In this document: positions 20,991 through 29,883 of the stretch, piece by piece
Numbering within the stretch: the stretch's first letter is position 1
How the letters are laid out: every line of letters begins with the position of its first letter
Assembly: GCA_964524325.1 (NCBI GenBank)
Contig: CAZGCT010000005.1
Coordinates: 61,592-125,591, forward strand
DNA length: 64,000 nt
From: an uncultured Hyphomicrobiales bacterium
Lineage (GTDB): Bacteria; Bacteroidota; Ignavibacteria; Kapaibacteriales; UBA2268
Direction: 5' to 3'
Position numbers and translations under genes: made by a program
The notes under the pieces: generated by a model
Database searches by the model: none
What the model was told of the DNA's origin: nothing
Seen by the model: only the letters and a program-made list of their open reading frames with translations

Positions 20991-21977
20991 ATGGTTGATA
21001 TTCGTGAGTTGAATGAAAGAATTCAAAAGGAGAGCACTTTTGTGGATATTTTGCTTATGGAAATAAGCAAGGTAATTGTTGGGCAGAAAAATATGGTCGA
21101 GCGGCTTTTGATAGGACTTCTTTGTAATGGGCATATTCTTTTGGAAGGAGTACCGGGGTTGGCCAAGACATTGGCGATTAAAACACTTGCTTCGACTATC
21201 AATGCCTCGTTCAGTAGGATTCAATTTACTCCAGATTTGCTTCCTGCGGATTTGATTGGGACCATGATTTATAGCCAGAAGAACGAAACTTTTACGGTTC
21301 GAAAGGGACCAATTTTTGCCAACTTTGTGCTTGCTGATGAAATTAACCGTGCACCTGCAAAAGTGCAAAGTGCGCTTTTGGAAGCAATGCAAGAGCGTCA
21401 AGTAACCATAGGCGACAATAGCTTCGTTTTGCCGGACCCATTCTTGGTTATGGCTACCCAAAATCCGATTGAGCAGGAAGGAACATATCCATTGCCCGAA
21501 GCCCAAGTGGATAGATTTATGCTAAAAGTGGTCATAACCTATCCTACAAGGGAAGAGGAATTGGCTATTGTGCGGGAAAATCTTGCACAAGAATTTCCAA
21601 GGCCTAATCCAGTAGTAACTCCTGAGGAGATCATTCGTGCTCGTTCCCTTGTCAAAGAAGTATATATGGACGAGAAAATAGAACAATACATTCTCGATAT
21701 CGTATTTGCAACAAGGTATCCTGAAAAGTTCGGTCTAGAAAAAATCAAGCCCTGGATAACATATCCAGCTTCGCCACGGGCTTCAATTTATCTTTCACAT
21801 TCGGCTAAAGCCTATGCATTTGTTAAGCGGCGTGGTTATGTTGTTCCCGAAGATGTTCGGGCCTTGTGTTTGGATGTGCTTCGACATAGGATTGGATTAT
21901 CATACGAAGCAGAAGCCGAGAATGTAACTACCGAGGACATTGTAAATGAAATTTTGAACAAAGTTGAAGTTCCATAA
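20991..21977 (+). CDS. moxR: MoxR-family AAA+ ATPase
   Basis: GHILLEGVPGLAKT, RIQFTPDLLPAD, DEINRAPAKVQSALLEAM and TQNPIEQEGTYPLPEAQVDRF motifs. Confidence 0.95.
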   Translation: MVDIRELNERIQKESTFVDILLMEISKVIVGQKNMVERLLIGLLCNGHILLEGVPGLAKTLAIKTLASTINASFSRIQFTPDLLPADLIGTMIYSQKNETFTVRKGPIFANFVLADEINRAPAKVQSALLEAMQERQVTIGDNSFVLPDPFLVMATQNPIEQEGTYPLPEAQVDRFMLKVVITYPTREEELAIVRENLAQEFPRPNPVVTPEEIIRARSLVKEVYMDEKIEQYILDIVFATRYPEKFGLEKIKPWITYPASPRASIYLSHSAKAYAFVKRRGYVVPEDVRALCLDVLRHRIGLSYEAEAENVTTEDIVNEILNKVEVP

Positions 21978-21986
21978 CAGAAGCAA

Positions 21987-22862
21987 ATGGAAACAAGCGA
22001 ACTTTTTAAAAAAGTAAGAAAAATTGAAATCAAAACGAAAAGATTGTCGCAGAATATTTTTTCTGGACAATACCATAGTGTGTTCAAGGGGCAAGGGATA
22101 GCCTTTAGTGAAGTTCGTGAATACCAAATTGGGGACGATGTACGCTTAATAGATTGGAATGTTACTGCTCGATTTAACCATCCTTTCGTAAAAGTTTTCG
22201 AGGAAGAGCGAGAATTAACGTTAATATTATTGATTGATGTAAGTGGTTCGCAATCATTTGGAACAAACAAGCAATTTAAAAGGGATATAGTTGCAGAAGT
22301 ATCAGCAGTTCTATCTTTTTCTGCTTTACAGAATAACGACAAAATTGGTGCAATACTTTTTTCCAGTGATATTGAGCGGTTTATTCCGCCGAAAAAAGGC
22401 AGAACCCATGTACTTCATATCGTAAGGGAGTTGATTAATTATGAATCTAAAGATAAAAAGACTAATTTAGCCAAGGCATTGAAATTCGTTTTCAATACAA
22501 TCAAGAAGAAAGCAATTGTTTTTATCATCTCTGACTTTGTTGATTCAAATTTCGATGATGCATTGAAGATTGTTTCTCGAAAGCATGATACCATTGCCAT
22601 ACAAGTTGTAGATAGAAGAGAAAGTGAGATTCCAAATGTTGGGTTGATTTATCTGCAAGATGCAGAGACAGGCGAAACTTTTTGGTTCGATACCAGCGAA
22701 ATCCAAGCTTCGAAAAATTATCAAATATGGTGGCACTCCACCCAGGTGCAAATTAAAGATATATTCCAAAGGTGTAAAGTTGACCATATTCAAATTAAGA
22801 CTGGAGAATCTTATATTGAGCCAATAATTGAATTTTTCCGTAAGAGGGGCAAGAGGTTGTAG
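21987..22862 (+). CDS. DUF58 (VWA-like) protein of the MoxR/Bat cluster
   Basis: SVFKGQGIAFSEVREYQIGDDVRLIDWNVTAR, DVSGS and SDF motifs. Confidence 0.92.
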   Translation: METSELFKKVRKIEIKTKRLSQNIFSGQYHSVFKGQGIAFSEVREYQIGDDVRLIDWNVTARFNHPFVKVFEEERELTLILLIDVSGSQSFGTNKQFKRDIVAEVSAVLSFSALQNNDKIGAILFSSDIERFIPPKKGRTHVLHIVRELINYESKDKKTNLAKALKFVFNTIKKKAIVFIISDFVDSNFDDALKIVSRKHDTIAIQVVDRRESEIPNVGLIYLQDAETGETFWFDTSEIQASKNYQIWWHSTQVQIKDIFQRCKVDHIQIKTGESYIEPIIEFFRKRGKRL

Positions 22863-22864
22863 AG

Positions 22865-23809
22865 ATGAAATTTAATAAAAAGCTAGTTGTTATCATATTG
22901 TTTCTCGTACTCAAACCTCTATTTGCGCAGGAAGTTTCACTTCAAGTTAAAGTAGACACGAGCAAAATTTTAATAGGGGACCACGTCGGTTTTGAACTCA
23001 TGGTAAAATCCAGACCTCCGACGGAAATAATTTTGCCCGAAATTAAAGACTCACTTGGGAAGTTTGAAATTATCCAAGTCGGTAAAATTGATACACAAAG
23101 AACAAGCAGTGATTTAGTTTTGAAAAGGAAATTTAGGTTAACTATTTTCGATAGTGGGTACTACTTTGTTCCCTCGTTGACAATTTTGTACCTTAGGAGT
23201 GGAGTTAACCAATATGCAAGCATTCAAAGTGATTCAATCCCAATATATGTGAAGGGAATTGAAATCGATACAACTAAAGACATCAAAGATATTAAAGGAA
23301 TAATAGAAGTTCCCTACACTTTCTGGGACTACTTACCTTACCTAATAATTGTAATTGGAATAATTTTTTTTGGATATTTAGTATTCTTTATTATTAAAAG
23401 AAGAAAGAAAAAAGGGGAAGTTTCTGAAGAATTAAAAGTACCACCGCACGAACTTGCTCTAAAAGAATTAAAGAAATTGGATGCCGAAAAACTTTGGCAA
23501 AAAGGGGAAGTCAAATTATTTCATATAAGATTGACTGAAATTATTCGCAAATATATTGAGAGGAGATTTGCAATTAATGCTCTTGAAATGATAAGTTCAG
23601 AAATTATAGATAGCTTAGGTAAAATTGGTGAAATAGAAATTGGTCTTCTTCAAAAATTACAACGATCTTTTCAGATATCCGACTTGGTGAAATTTGCAAA
23701 ATATCTTCCTTTGCCGGACGAAAATGCATACTGCATGAAAGTGGGTTTTGAATTTGTTGAAATCACCACACCAAAAGAAGCTGTTCAACCAAAGGAAGAA
23801 GCAAAATGA
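22865..23809 (+). CDS. Conserved membrane-anchored protein of the Bat cluster
   Basis: Signal peptide, periplasmic beta-rich region, DIKDIK then one TM, PPHELAL...L, DLVKFAK; usual position between DUF58 and batA. Confidence 0.75.
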   Translation: MKFNKKLVVIILFLVLKPLFAQEVSLQVKVDTSKILIGDHVGFELMVKSRPPTEIILPEIKDSLGKFEIIQVGKIDTQRTSSDLVLKRKFRLTIFDSGYYFVPSLTILYLRSGVNQYASIQSDSIPIYVKGIEIDTTKDIKDIKGIIEVPYTFWDYLPYLIIVIGIIFFGYLVFFIIKRRKKKGEVSEELKVPPHELALKELKKLDAEKLWQKGEVKLFHIRLTEIIRKYIERRFAINALEMISSEIIDSLGKIGEIEIGLLQKLQRSFQISDLVKFAKYLPLPDENAYCMKVGFEFVEITTPKEAVQPKEEAK

Positions 23810-24804
23810 GTATTGGTGGATTTCACTTTGCCAATCCAAACTTTTTTTGGTTGTTAATTATATTGCTTTTGCTTGTAGTCTGGTATATTTTTTTCCACAA
23901 AAAAACGATTGTTCCAATTAAGTTTTCGACTATAGAAGGGTTCAAAAGGACTAAATCGAACTTAAAAGTGAAGTTGCGACATTTGCCCTTTGTCTTACGA
24001 ATCCTTGCTTTAACATTATTTATCATAGCGCTGTCGCGACCACAAACAACGAGCAGCGAAAAAGAAATCGAGACTGAAGGTATAGATATAGTTATCACTT
24101 TAGACATTTCGGGCTCGATGCTTGCAGAGGATTTTAGACCAAATAGGCTGGAAGCAGCAAAAAGAATTACCGAAAAATTCATAGACGGCCGGCCCAATGA
24201 TAGAATTGGTTTAGTTATATTTAGCGCCAAAAGTTTTACCCAATGCCCGATTACAGTTGACCATGCTGTTTTGAAGAATTTATTAAGGCAAATTAAGTCT
24301 GGACTTATCGAAGATGGTACAGCAATAGGTATGGGGATAGCTACCGCCGTGGATAGGCTCAAAGATAGCAAGGCAAAAAGTAGGGTAATTGTACTTTTGA
24401 CTGATGGAGTAAACAATACTGGGATTATTTCTCCGCTTACTGCTGCCGAGCTTGCAAAAAATTTTGGGATTAGAGTCTACACCATTGGAGTAGGAACAAT
24501 TGGCAAAGCACCCTACCCTTTTCAAACTCCATACGGAATTCAATATATGAATGTTGATGTTGAAATCGACGAACCGCTTTTGAAAACAATTGCGCAGAGT
24601 ACTGGCGGAAAATATTTTAGAGCTACAAACAATAAGGCTCTGGAGTTGATTTACAATGAAATTGATTCTATGGAAAGAACCAAAATTAAACAGATAGTAT
24701 TTACGACATTCACAGATAAGTATTTCCCTTTTATTGTTGCTGGTAGCATCTTGATCTTCATCGAGGTACTTCTACGATTGTTAATTTTTCGAAAATTCCC
24801 CTAA
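23806..24804 (+). CDS. batA: BatA VWA-domain protein
   Basis: N-terminal FANP-TM, LSRPQ, MIDAS DISGSM, DRIGLVIF, GTAIG, LLTDG and YFRA motifs. Confidence 0.9.
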   Translation: MSIGGFHFANPNFFWLLIILLLLVVWYIFFHKKTIVPIKFSTIEGFKRTKSNLKVKLRHLPFVLRILALTLFIIALSRPQTTSSEKEIETEGIDIVITLDISGSMLAEDFRPNRLEAAKRITEKFIDGRPNDRIGLVIFSAKSFTQCPITVDHAVLKNLLRQIKSGLIEDGTAIGMGIATAVDRLKDSKAKSRVIVLLTDGVNNTGIISPLTAAELAKNFGIRVYTIGVGTIGKAPYPFQTPYGIQYMNVDVEIDEPLLKTIAQSTGGKYFRATNNKALELIYNEIDSMERTKIKQIVFTTFTDKYFPFIVAGSILIFIEVLLRLLIFRKFP

Positions 24805-24809
24805 AAATA

Positions 24810-25412
24810 ATGCTGAAAAACATAGACTTACTTCTTGTTGGGCTTGGGAATCACGAGAACATATATCTTGAGACAAGACATAATATCGGTTGGATGGTTG
24901 TGAGTGCATTCGTTCAAAAGCACAAAGGGAATTTCATTCCATATTCGCCAAAATATTATCTTGCTAATATTAGATTTGTCGGGAAAAACATACTTGCTCT
25001 TTTGCCAAGAACATATATGAACAATACTGGAGTTGCAGTAAAATCCGCTGCAACGAAATTCAATGTGCCCATAGAAAAGATATTAATTGTATGCGACGAG
25101 TACAATTTTCCACTTGGGAAGATACACTTGAAAGACAGAGGTGGGGACGGAGGGCACAATGGAGTTGCATCTGTTATTGAAAATCTTAACTCAAACAATT
25201 TTATGCGCTTGAGGTGTGGTATTGGGCGAAACTTTGGCCAAAATGAACTAGTCGATTATGTTCTTTCGACGTTCGACCCAGAGGAAATACCTTTGCGAGA
25301 TTTAATGATAACCCGCGCAGTCGAAGCGATTGAATATTTGCTTTTGAAAGGAATAAGCAGGGCAATGAGCGATATCAACTCTGAAAAACTATGGAAAATC
25401 GAACCTAATTAG
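24810..25412 (+). CDS. pth: Peptidyl-tRNA hydrolase
   Basis: VGLGN, TRHNIGW, YMN, GGHNG and RLRCGIG motifs. Confidence 0.95.
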   Translation: MLKNIDLLLVGLGNHENIYLETRHNIGWMVVSAFVQKHKGNFIPYSPKYYLANIRFVGKNILALLPRTYMNNTGVAVKSAATKFNVPIEKILIVCDEYNFPLGKIHLKDRGGDGGHNGVASVIENLNSNNFMRLRCGIGRNFGQNELVDYVLSTFDPEEIPLRDLMITRAVEAIEYLLLKGISRAMSDINSEKLWKIEPN

Positions 25413-25481
25413 AATGCTTCGAACGATCTTTATATAGAATAGTTCGCGAAAAGAATAAAAGTTTAATTCTATAATAAAATC

Positions 25482-25502
25482 GGGTTGGGTAAAAGCCAAC
25501 CC
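25482..25502. terminator. Hairpin terminator between convergent pth and the Cache gene
   Basis: GGGTTGG-N7-CCAACCC, followed on the minus strand by GATTTTATT. Confidence 0.6.
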
Positions 25503-25543
25503 AAATAAAATTATTGAGGATAGTGCTAATTGAATTGCAATAA

Positions 25544-26809
25544 CTAATCTTCCATCAATTTTTTAGCTTTAACGAAGTCCCCACGGCTAATAGCCTCTGC
25601 CAGCTGAGCAGTACGGGTGATAGGTTGGGATATTCTTCGCGAAATTTGCAATGAGAGAAAAATACCCACCACAATGAGGATAATATTAATTACTAACATA
25701 TAGTATATTAGAGAATAAAGTTCATCGGATATTTTATCTCTTACAATGTAAATTTCATCCTCGTAGCTTCCAGCACCGATAACCCAGTCCCATTCTTTAT
25801 AGTAAATGGCAGCAACGATTTTAGTCCGCGGTGCGGGGTCTTCCGGATTTTTCCAATCGTATCGAAAATATAAAATTTCGCCAGGTTTTTCAGTTGTTCC
25901 ATTTACTATTTCTTGGATAAAAAATTTTCCATTTGCATCTTTCGATTCCCAAATGTTTTCTCCGTCTCTTTTTCCATCTTTGGAAATAAGATAATGCCCT
26001 TTTTCCTTGCCGCTACCACCTAAAACATAAACGTAACCAGTTTCACCAATCTTAATAGAATATATAGCTTTACGCAAGCCCTCTTCGATAACTTTTTGAG
26101 GGATACCGACATAAACCATACCAACGATTTGCCCATTAGCAAGTTTCAATGGCGAGTATACGGTAATGTACCACTGGTCTACAACAAAAGCACGACCAAA
26201 ATACTCTTTCCCTTGAAGAATTGTAGATACGACTGGGTTGTCTGTACCGTCTGGATTTTTTGCCGGAATGTATGTTCCGATAGCTCTTTCTCCGTTTTTC
26301 TTTTTTACTGTTGTAGCTATTCGCAACATATCGCCAGCTTGATTCATTTTGACAAATATAGTCGAAGTTGCAGCAGTTAATTTTGAAATTTCATCAACAA
26401 TAGGTAGTTTGACATCGAAACTACTAACTTTTGGAATTGTAGTTCCTCCAAAACTTAAGTTAGGTACGTCCACCTCAATAGCCTCGTTAGTATATTGATT
26501 AATTGCAGTCCAACGCTGCGTACCCTGAATGGAGATGGCCCCAAATCGTTGTATAATTTCTTTGGCGGAATTAATCGATACTGTTAGCATTTTTTTTGCA
26601 AGGTCGTTAGCGGTTTCTGCAAGATAAACAACATTTCGGGAAATTTCAGAAATTTGCTGTCTAGCAGATTTTTCCAGTTCTTCGCTAGAAAATTTTTCTA
26701 TATTGTTAACTTGAAAAGTAAGAAAAATTAAAAATATAACAATAATAGTAGTAACTACTGATAAAACCAAAGCATTAATCCTAAAACCAATACTTTTTGC
26801 CATTTTCAA
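25544..26809 (-). CDS. Membrane-anchored Cache sensor (Cache_3-Cache_2 fusion type) ending inside a HAMP domain, with no output domain; possible truncated chemoreceptor
   Basis: TM1, ATSTIF...GDMLRIATTV...RAIGT...GRAFVVDQWYITVYSP, IGETGYVYV...DANGKFFIQEI...WDWVIGAG, TM2, ISQPI...AISRGDF, then stop. Confidence 0.8.
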   Translation of the reverse strand: MKMAKSIGFRINALVLSVVTTIIVIFLIFLTFQVNNIEKFSSEELEKSARQQISEISRNVVYLAETANDLAKKMLTVSINSAKEIIQRFGAISIQGTQRWTAINQYTNEAIEVDVPNLSFGGTTIPKVSSFDVKLPIVDEISKLTAATSTIFVKMNQAGDMLRIATTVKKKNGERAIGTYIPAKNPDGTDNPVVSTILQGKEYFGRAFVVDQWYITVYSPLKLANGQIVGMVYVGIPQKVIEEGLRKAIYSIKIGETGYVYVLGGSGKEKGHYLISKDGKRDGENIWESKDANGKFFIQEIVNGTTEKPGEILYFRYDWKNPEDPAPRTKIVAAIYYKEWDWVIGAGSYEDEIYIVRDKISDELYSLIYYMLVINIILIVVGIFLSLQISRRISQPITRTAQLAEAISRGDFVKAKKLMED

Positions 26810-26939
26810 CCTACATAAAATTAAAATTTCAAAAATAAGAAATGGGAGTTTAAAAAAAAAGAATATTAAGCATATATTCGATTACAATTAATTTACTTAC
26901 TACCAAAGTTATTATTTTTGTTTTTTTATGGGAGTTGCT

Positions 26940-27722
26940 ATGGAATTTTCAACAGTGATATTCGAGAAGCGAGACAATTTTGTTGTTTTAACATTGAATC
27001 GACCTGATAAGCTAAATGCATTAAATTTTCAACTATTTACTGAATTAAACGAAGCAATTAAGCAAATTGAACTGGACAGGGAGATTAGGGCTGTTATTCT
27101 GACCGGTGCTGGAGAAAAAGCTTTTGCCGCTGGTGCTGACATCAAAGAATTAAACGAATCCGATGAAATCACTGGTATCCACTTTTCGCAGTATGGATCG
27201 AGAGTTATGCTTCGGTTGGAAAGTTTAAGAAAGCCTGTCGTTGCAGCAGTAAATGGATTTGCGCTTGGGGGTGGGTGCGAATTGGCATTATCATGTCATA
27301 TTCTTTTTGCATCAGAAAAGGCAAAATTTGGTCAACCAGAAGTAAGTTTGGGGATAATCCCAGGCTATGGTGCAACCCAAAAATTGCCACGATTGATTGG
27401 ACGTGCCAAAGCATTGGAGCTTATTCTGAGTGGGAATTTGATTGATGCTTACGAGGCGGAGAGAATTGGCCTTGTTAACAAAGTTTTCCCACCTGATGAA
27501 TTAATGCCCAAAACAATAGAGTATGTACAAAATTTGTTGTCTAAAGGAAGTCTCGCAGTGTCTGCTGCTCTGGATTGCGTTCTTTCTTCGGATTTTATGC
27601 CATTGGTTGAAGGATTGGAATACGAAAGTAGGATTTTTGGGCGATTGTGCGGCACCTACGATTTTAAGGAGGGAACAAAAGCATTTTTAGAAAAGAGAAA
27701 TCCAAATTTCAAGGGTATATAA
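26940..27722 (+). CDS. Enoyl-CoA hydratase/crotonase
   Basis: LNRPDKLNAL, AFAAGADI, AVNGFALGGGCEL and PEVSLGIIPGYG motifs; start set at ATG 26940. Confidence 0.92.
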   Translation: MEFSTVIFEKRDNFVVLTLNRPDKLNALNFQLFTELNEAIKQIELDREIRAVILTGAGEKAFAAGADIKELNESDEITGIHFSQYGSRVMLRLESLRKPVVAAVNGFALGGGCELALSCHILFASEKAKFGQPEVSLGIIPGYGATQKLPRLIGRAKALELILSGNLIDAYEAERIGLVNKVFPPDELMPKTIEYVQNLLSKGSLAVSAALDCVLSSDFMPLVEGLEYESRIFGRLCGTYDFKEGTKAFLEKRNPNFKGI

Positions 27723-27748
27723 AAGGTTTAACGGTATTTGAAATAAAT

Positions 27749-29296
27749 TCAACCATTTCTCCAAAATCCGCGGTCGAGGCTACGATATTGTATGGCTTCG
27801 CTGACGTGGTGTGGTTTAATGGTCTCTGAGTTGTCCAAATCTGCAATAGTTCTGCTAACCTTAAGAATTTTGTCGTAAGCGCGGGCCGAAAGCCCAAGCT
27901 TGTTCATAGCTATTTTAAGAATTTCATGGGACTTGTCTTCGAGGATGCAATATTTTCGAATTTCTTTCGAACCCATATCGGCGTTTTTGTAGATGTTCTT
28001 TCGTTCTTTGAACCTTTCTGCTTGAATTTGGCGAGCTCGAATAACTCTTTGGCGGATAACCTCCGAGCGTTCTCCAGTTGATTTATCAGCAAGCTCCTGG
28101 AATTTGACAGCAGGAACTTCTATATGGATATCAATTCTGTCTAAAAGTGGACCAGAAATTTTTGATTGATATTTTTGAATTAGCCCAGGTGTGCAAGTGC
28201 ATTCTTGATTAGGATTTCCATAATTACCACAAGGGCAGGGATTCATAGAACAGACAAGCATAAAGTTCGCCGGGTATTCAATGGTTAACTTTGTTCTGGA
28301 GATACAAATTTTCTTATCTTCTAAAGGTTGGCGTAGGACTTCGAGCACATTTCTGGCAAACTCGGGTAATTCGTCGAGGAAAAGAACCCCGTGATGAGCA
28401 AGTGATATTTCCCCAGGTTTTATTTTGTTTATTCCACCACCAACGAGAGCAGCGTCGCTTATTGTATGGTGAGGCGAGCGAAAAGGGCGAACCGTGACAA
28501 GTGATTCATTATTTTGGAGCATACCAGCGACAGAATGAATTTTTGTGGTTTCCAAGGCTTCGTCGAGCGTTAGTGGAGGAAGTATCGAAGGTATTCTTTT
28601 TGCGAGCATAGTTTTGCCAGAACCCGGAGGACCAATCATAAGTATATTATGCCCGCCGGCAGCAGCAACCTCAATAGAACGCTTAACGTTTTGCTGACCT
28701 TTAACATCAGCAAAATCCAGATTGTAATTGTATTGATTTTCTTCGAAGATTTTAAATTTGTCGACTATTCTGGGACTAATGAATTCATTGTTGTTAAGAA
28801 AATTAACAGCTTGTAGCAAAGAATTTAGCGGGATAACACTGATGCCATCGACAAGAGCGGCTTCGTTGGCATTGCTTTCGGGCAGAGCAATAGAATGGAA
28901 ACCAAGGTTTTTTGCTTCGTAAGCGATTGGTAAGGCACCGTGAATTGGGCGGAGACTGCCTTCGAGAGAAAGTTCACCAAGGAACAAAATTCCTTCTGTT
29001 GCTTCTTGTGGGAAAATGCCCATGGACGAAAGAATGCCCAAAGCAATTGGCAAATCGAAAGCACTTCCTTCCTTTCTCACATCAGCGGGAGCAAGATTTA
29101 TAGTAATCTTTTTTGTTGGAAATGGGGTACCGCTGTTTTTAATAGCAGCGGTGACTCTTTCTTTAGATTCTTTTACAGCGGAATCGGGCAATCCTACGAT
29201 GATGAAGTTTGGGAGGGCGTTGTCGAGATGAGTTTCTATTTCAATTATGAAAGCGTTGATACCAACAACACTTGCGGACAAAATTTTTGAATACAT
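27749..29296 (-). CDS. comM: YifB/ComM Mg-chelatase-like ATPase
   Basis: IVGLPDSAVKES, NLAPAD, GPPGSGKT, RPFRSPHH, LDELPEF, NPCPCG and DRID motifs. Confidence 0.93.
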   Translation of the reverse strand: MYSKILSASVVGINAFIIEIETHLDNALPNFIIVGLPDSAVKESKERVTAAIKNSGTPFPTKKITINLAPADVRKEGSAFDLPIALGILSSMGIFPQEATEGILFLGELSLEGSLRPIHGALPIAYEAKNLGFHSIALPESNANEAALVDGISVIPLNSLLQAVNFLNNNEFISPRIVDKFKIFEENQYNYNLDFADVKGQQNVKRSIEVAAAGGHNILMIGPPGSGKTMLAKRIPSILPPLTLDEALETTKIHSVAGMLQNNESLVTVRPFRSPHHTISDAALVGGGINKIKPGEISLAHHGVLFLDELPEFARNVLEVLRQPLEDKKICISRTKLTIEYPANFMLVCSMNPCPCGNYGNPNQECTCTPGLIQKYQSKISGPLLDRIDIHIEVPAVKFQELADKSTGERSEVIRQRVIRARQIQAERFKERKNIYKNADMGSKEIRKYCILEDKSHEILKIAMNKLGLSARAYDKILKVSRTIADLDNSETIKPHHVSEAIQYRSLDRGFWRNG

Positions 29297-29736
29297 TATT
29301 TTTTTTGCTTATCCGACAAATCTTTGTATAAAAACAGTAATAAATCAATATAGGATACTACTCCGATAAGATTTTGATCGGTATCGACAACTGGAAAACA
29401 TTCGCCCTTTTTCTTAATGAAAAGTTCTAAAGCTTTGAGAATGCTATCTTCGGGAAATAAAGCTGGAATATGACGATTAACCAAGTAATCAAAATCTGAA
29501 ATTGTAGAGAATTCAGCAGCTTCTATTTCTTCCTCAGGATCGAAGATTTTTTTTCGAACATATTCATTTAATCTTTTTTCTTCAATCATTCCGATATACT
29601 TGGTGTTTTCTACGACTGGAACATGTCGGATTTTTTCATTTTTTATAAGGTCAAAAACTTTCTGCAATGTGTCGTTCCAAGAAACCAGAAAAAGATCTTT
29701 CGACATAATTTCTTCGACTTTTGGTAATTTTTTCAT
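29296..29736 (-). CDS. CBS-domain pair protein
   Basis: VEEIMS, IRHVPVV, FPVVD...LIGVVS; TAATG overlap with comM. Confidence 0.85.
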   Translation of the reverse strand: MKKLPKVEEIMSKDLFLVSWNDTLQKVFDLIKNEKIRHVPVVENTKYIGMIEEKRLNEYVRKKIFDPEEEIEAAEFSTISDFDYLVNRHIPALFPEDSILKALELFIKKKGECFPVVDTDQNLIGVVSYIDLLLFLYKDLSDKQKK

Positions 29737-29883
29737 AGCAACCCCAAGTTTGTGTAATGGCAAAATAGAAAAAAAGACCTAAAAGACAAAAGGTTTTTTG
29801 TTTGGGTTAATAAAAATTGGCAAAAACAAGCAATGGAATTTTTTTGTAAATTTGTAATTTAAAAAAAATTATTATTTTAGAAA

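Noticed and set aside
20937-24416. Long antisense ORFs over moxR, DUF58 and batA (189, 168 and 197 aa), and similar ones over rpoN, nnr, uvrA and the LRR gene
   Set aside because: No motifs, and fully overlapped by well-supported genes on the opposite strand.
26830-26843. CAAAAATAAGAAAT upstream of the Cache gene equals the reverse complement of 55635-55648 at the edge of the operator region
   Set aside because: A 14-mer that is 12/14 A/T in AT-rich intergenic DNA; plausible by chance given the number of substrings compared. It also contains the generic TAnnTTTG promoter box and does not match the 33-bp core.
29817-29833. TGGCA...GCA as a sigma-54 promoter upstream of glgA
   Set aside because: The GG-to-GC spacing is 9 nt rather than the required 10.
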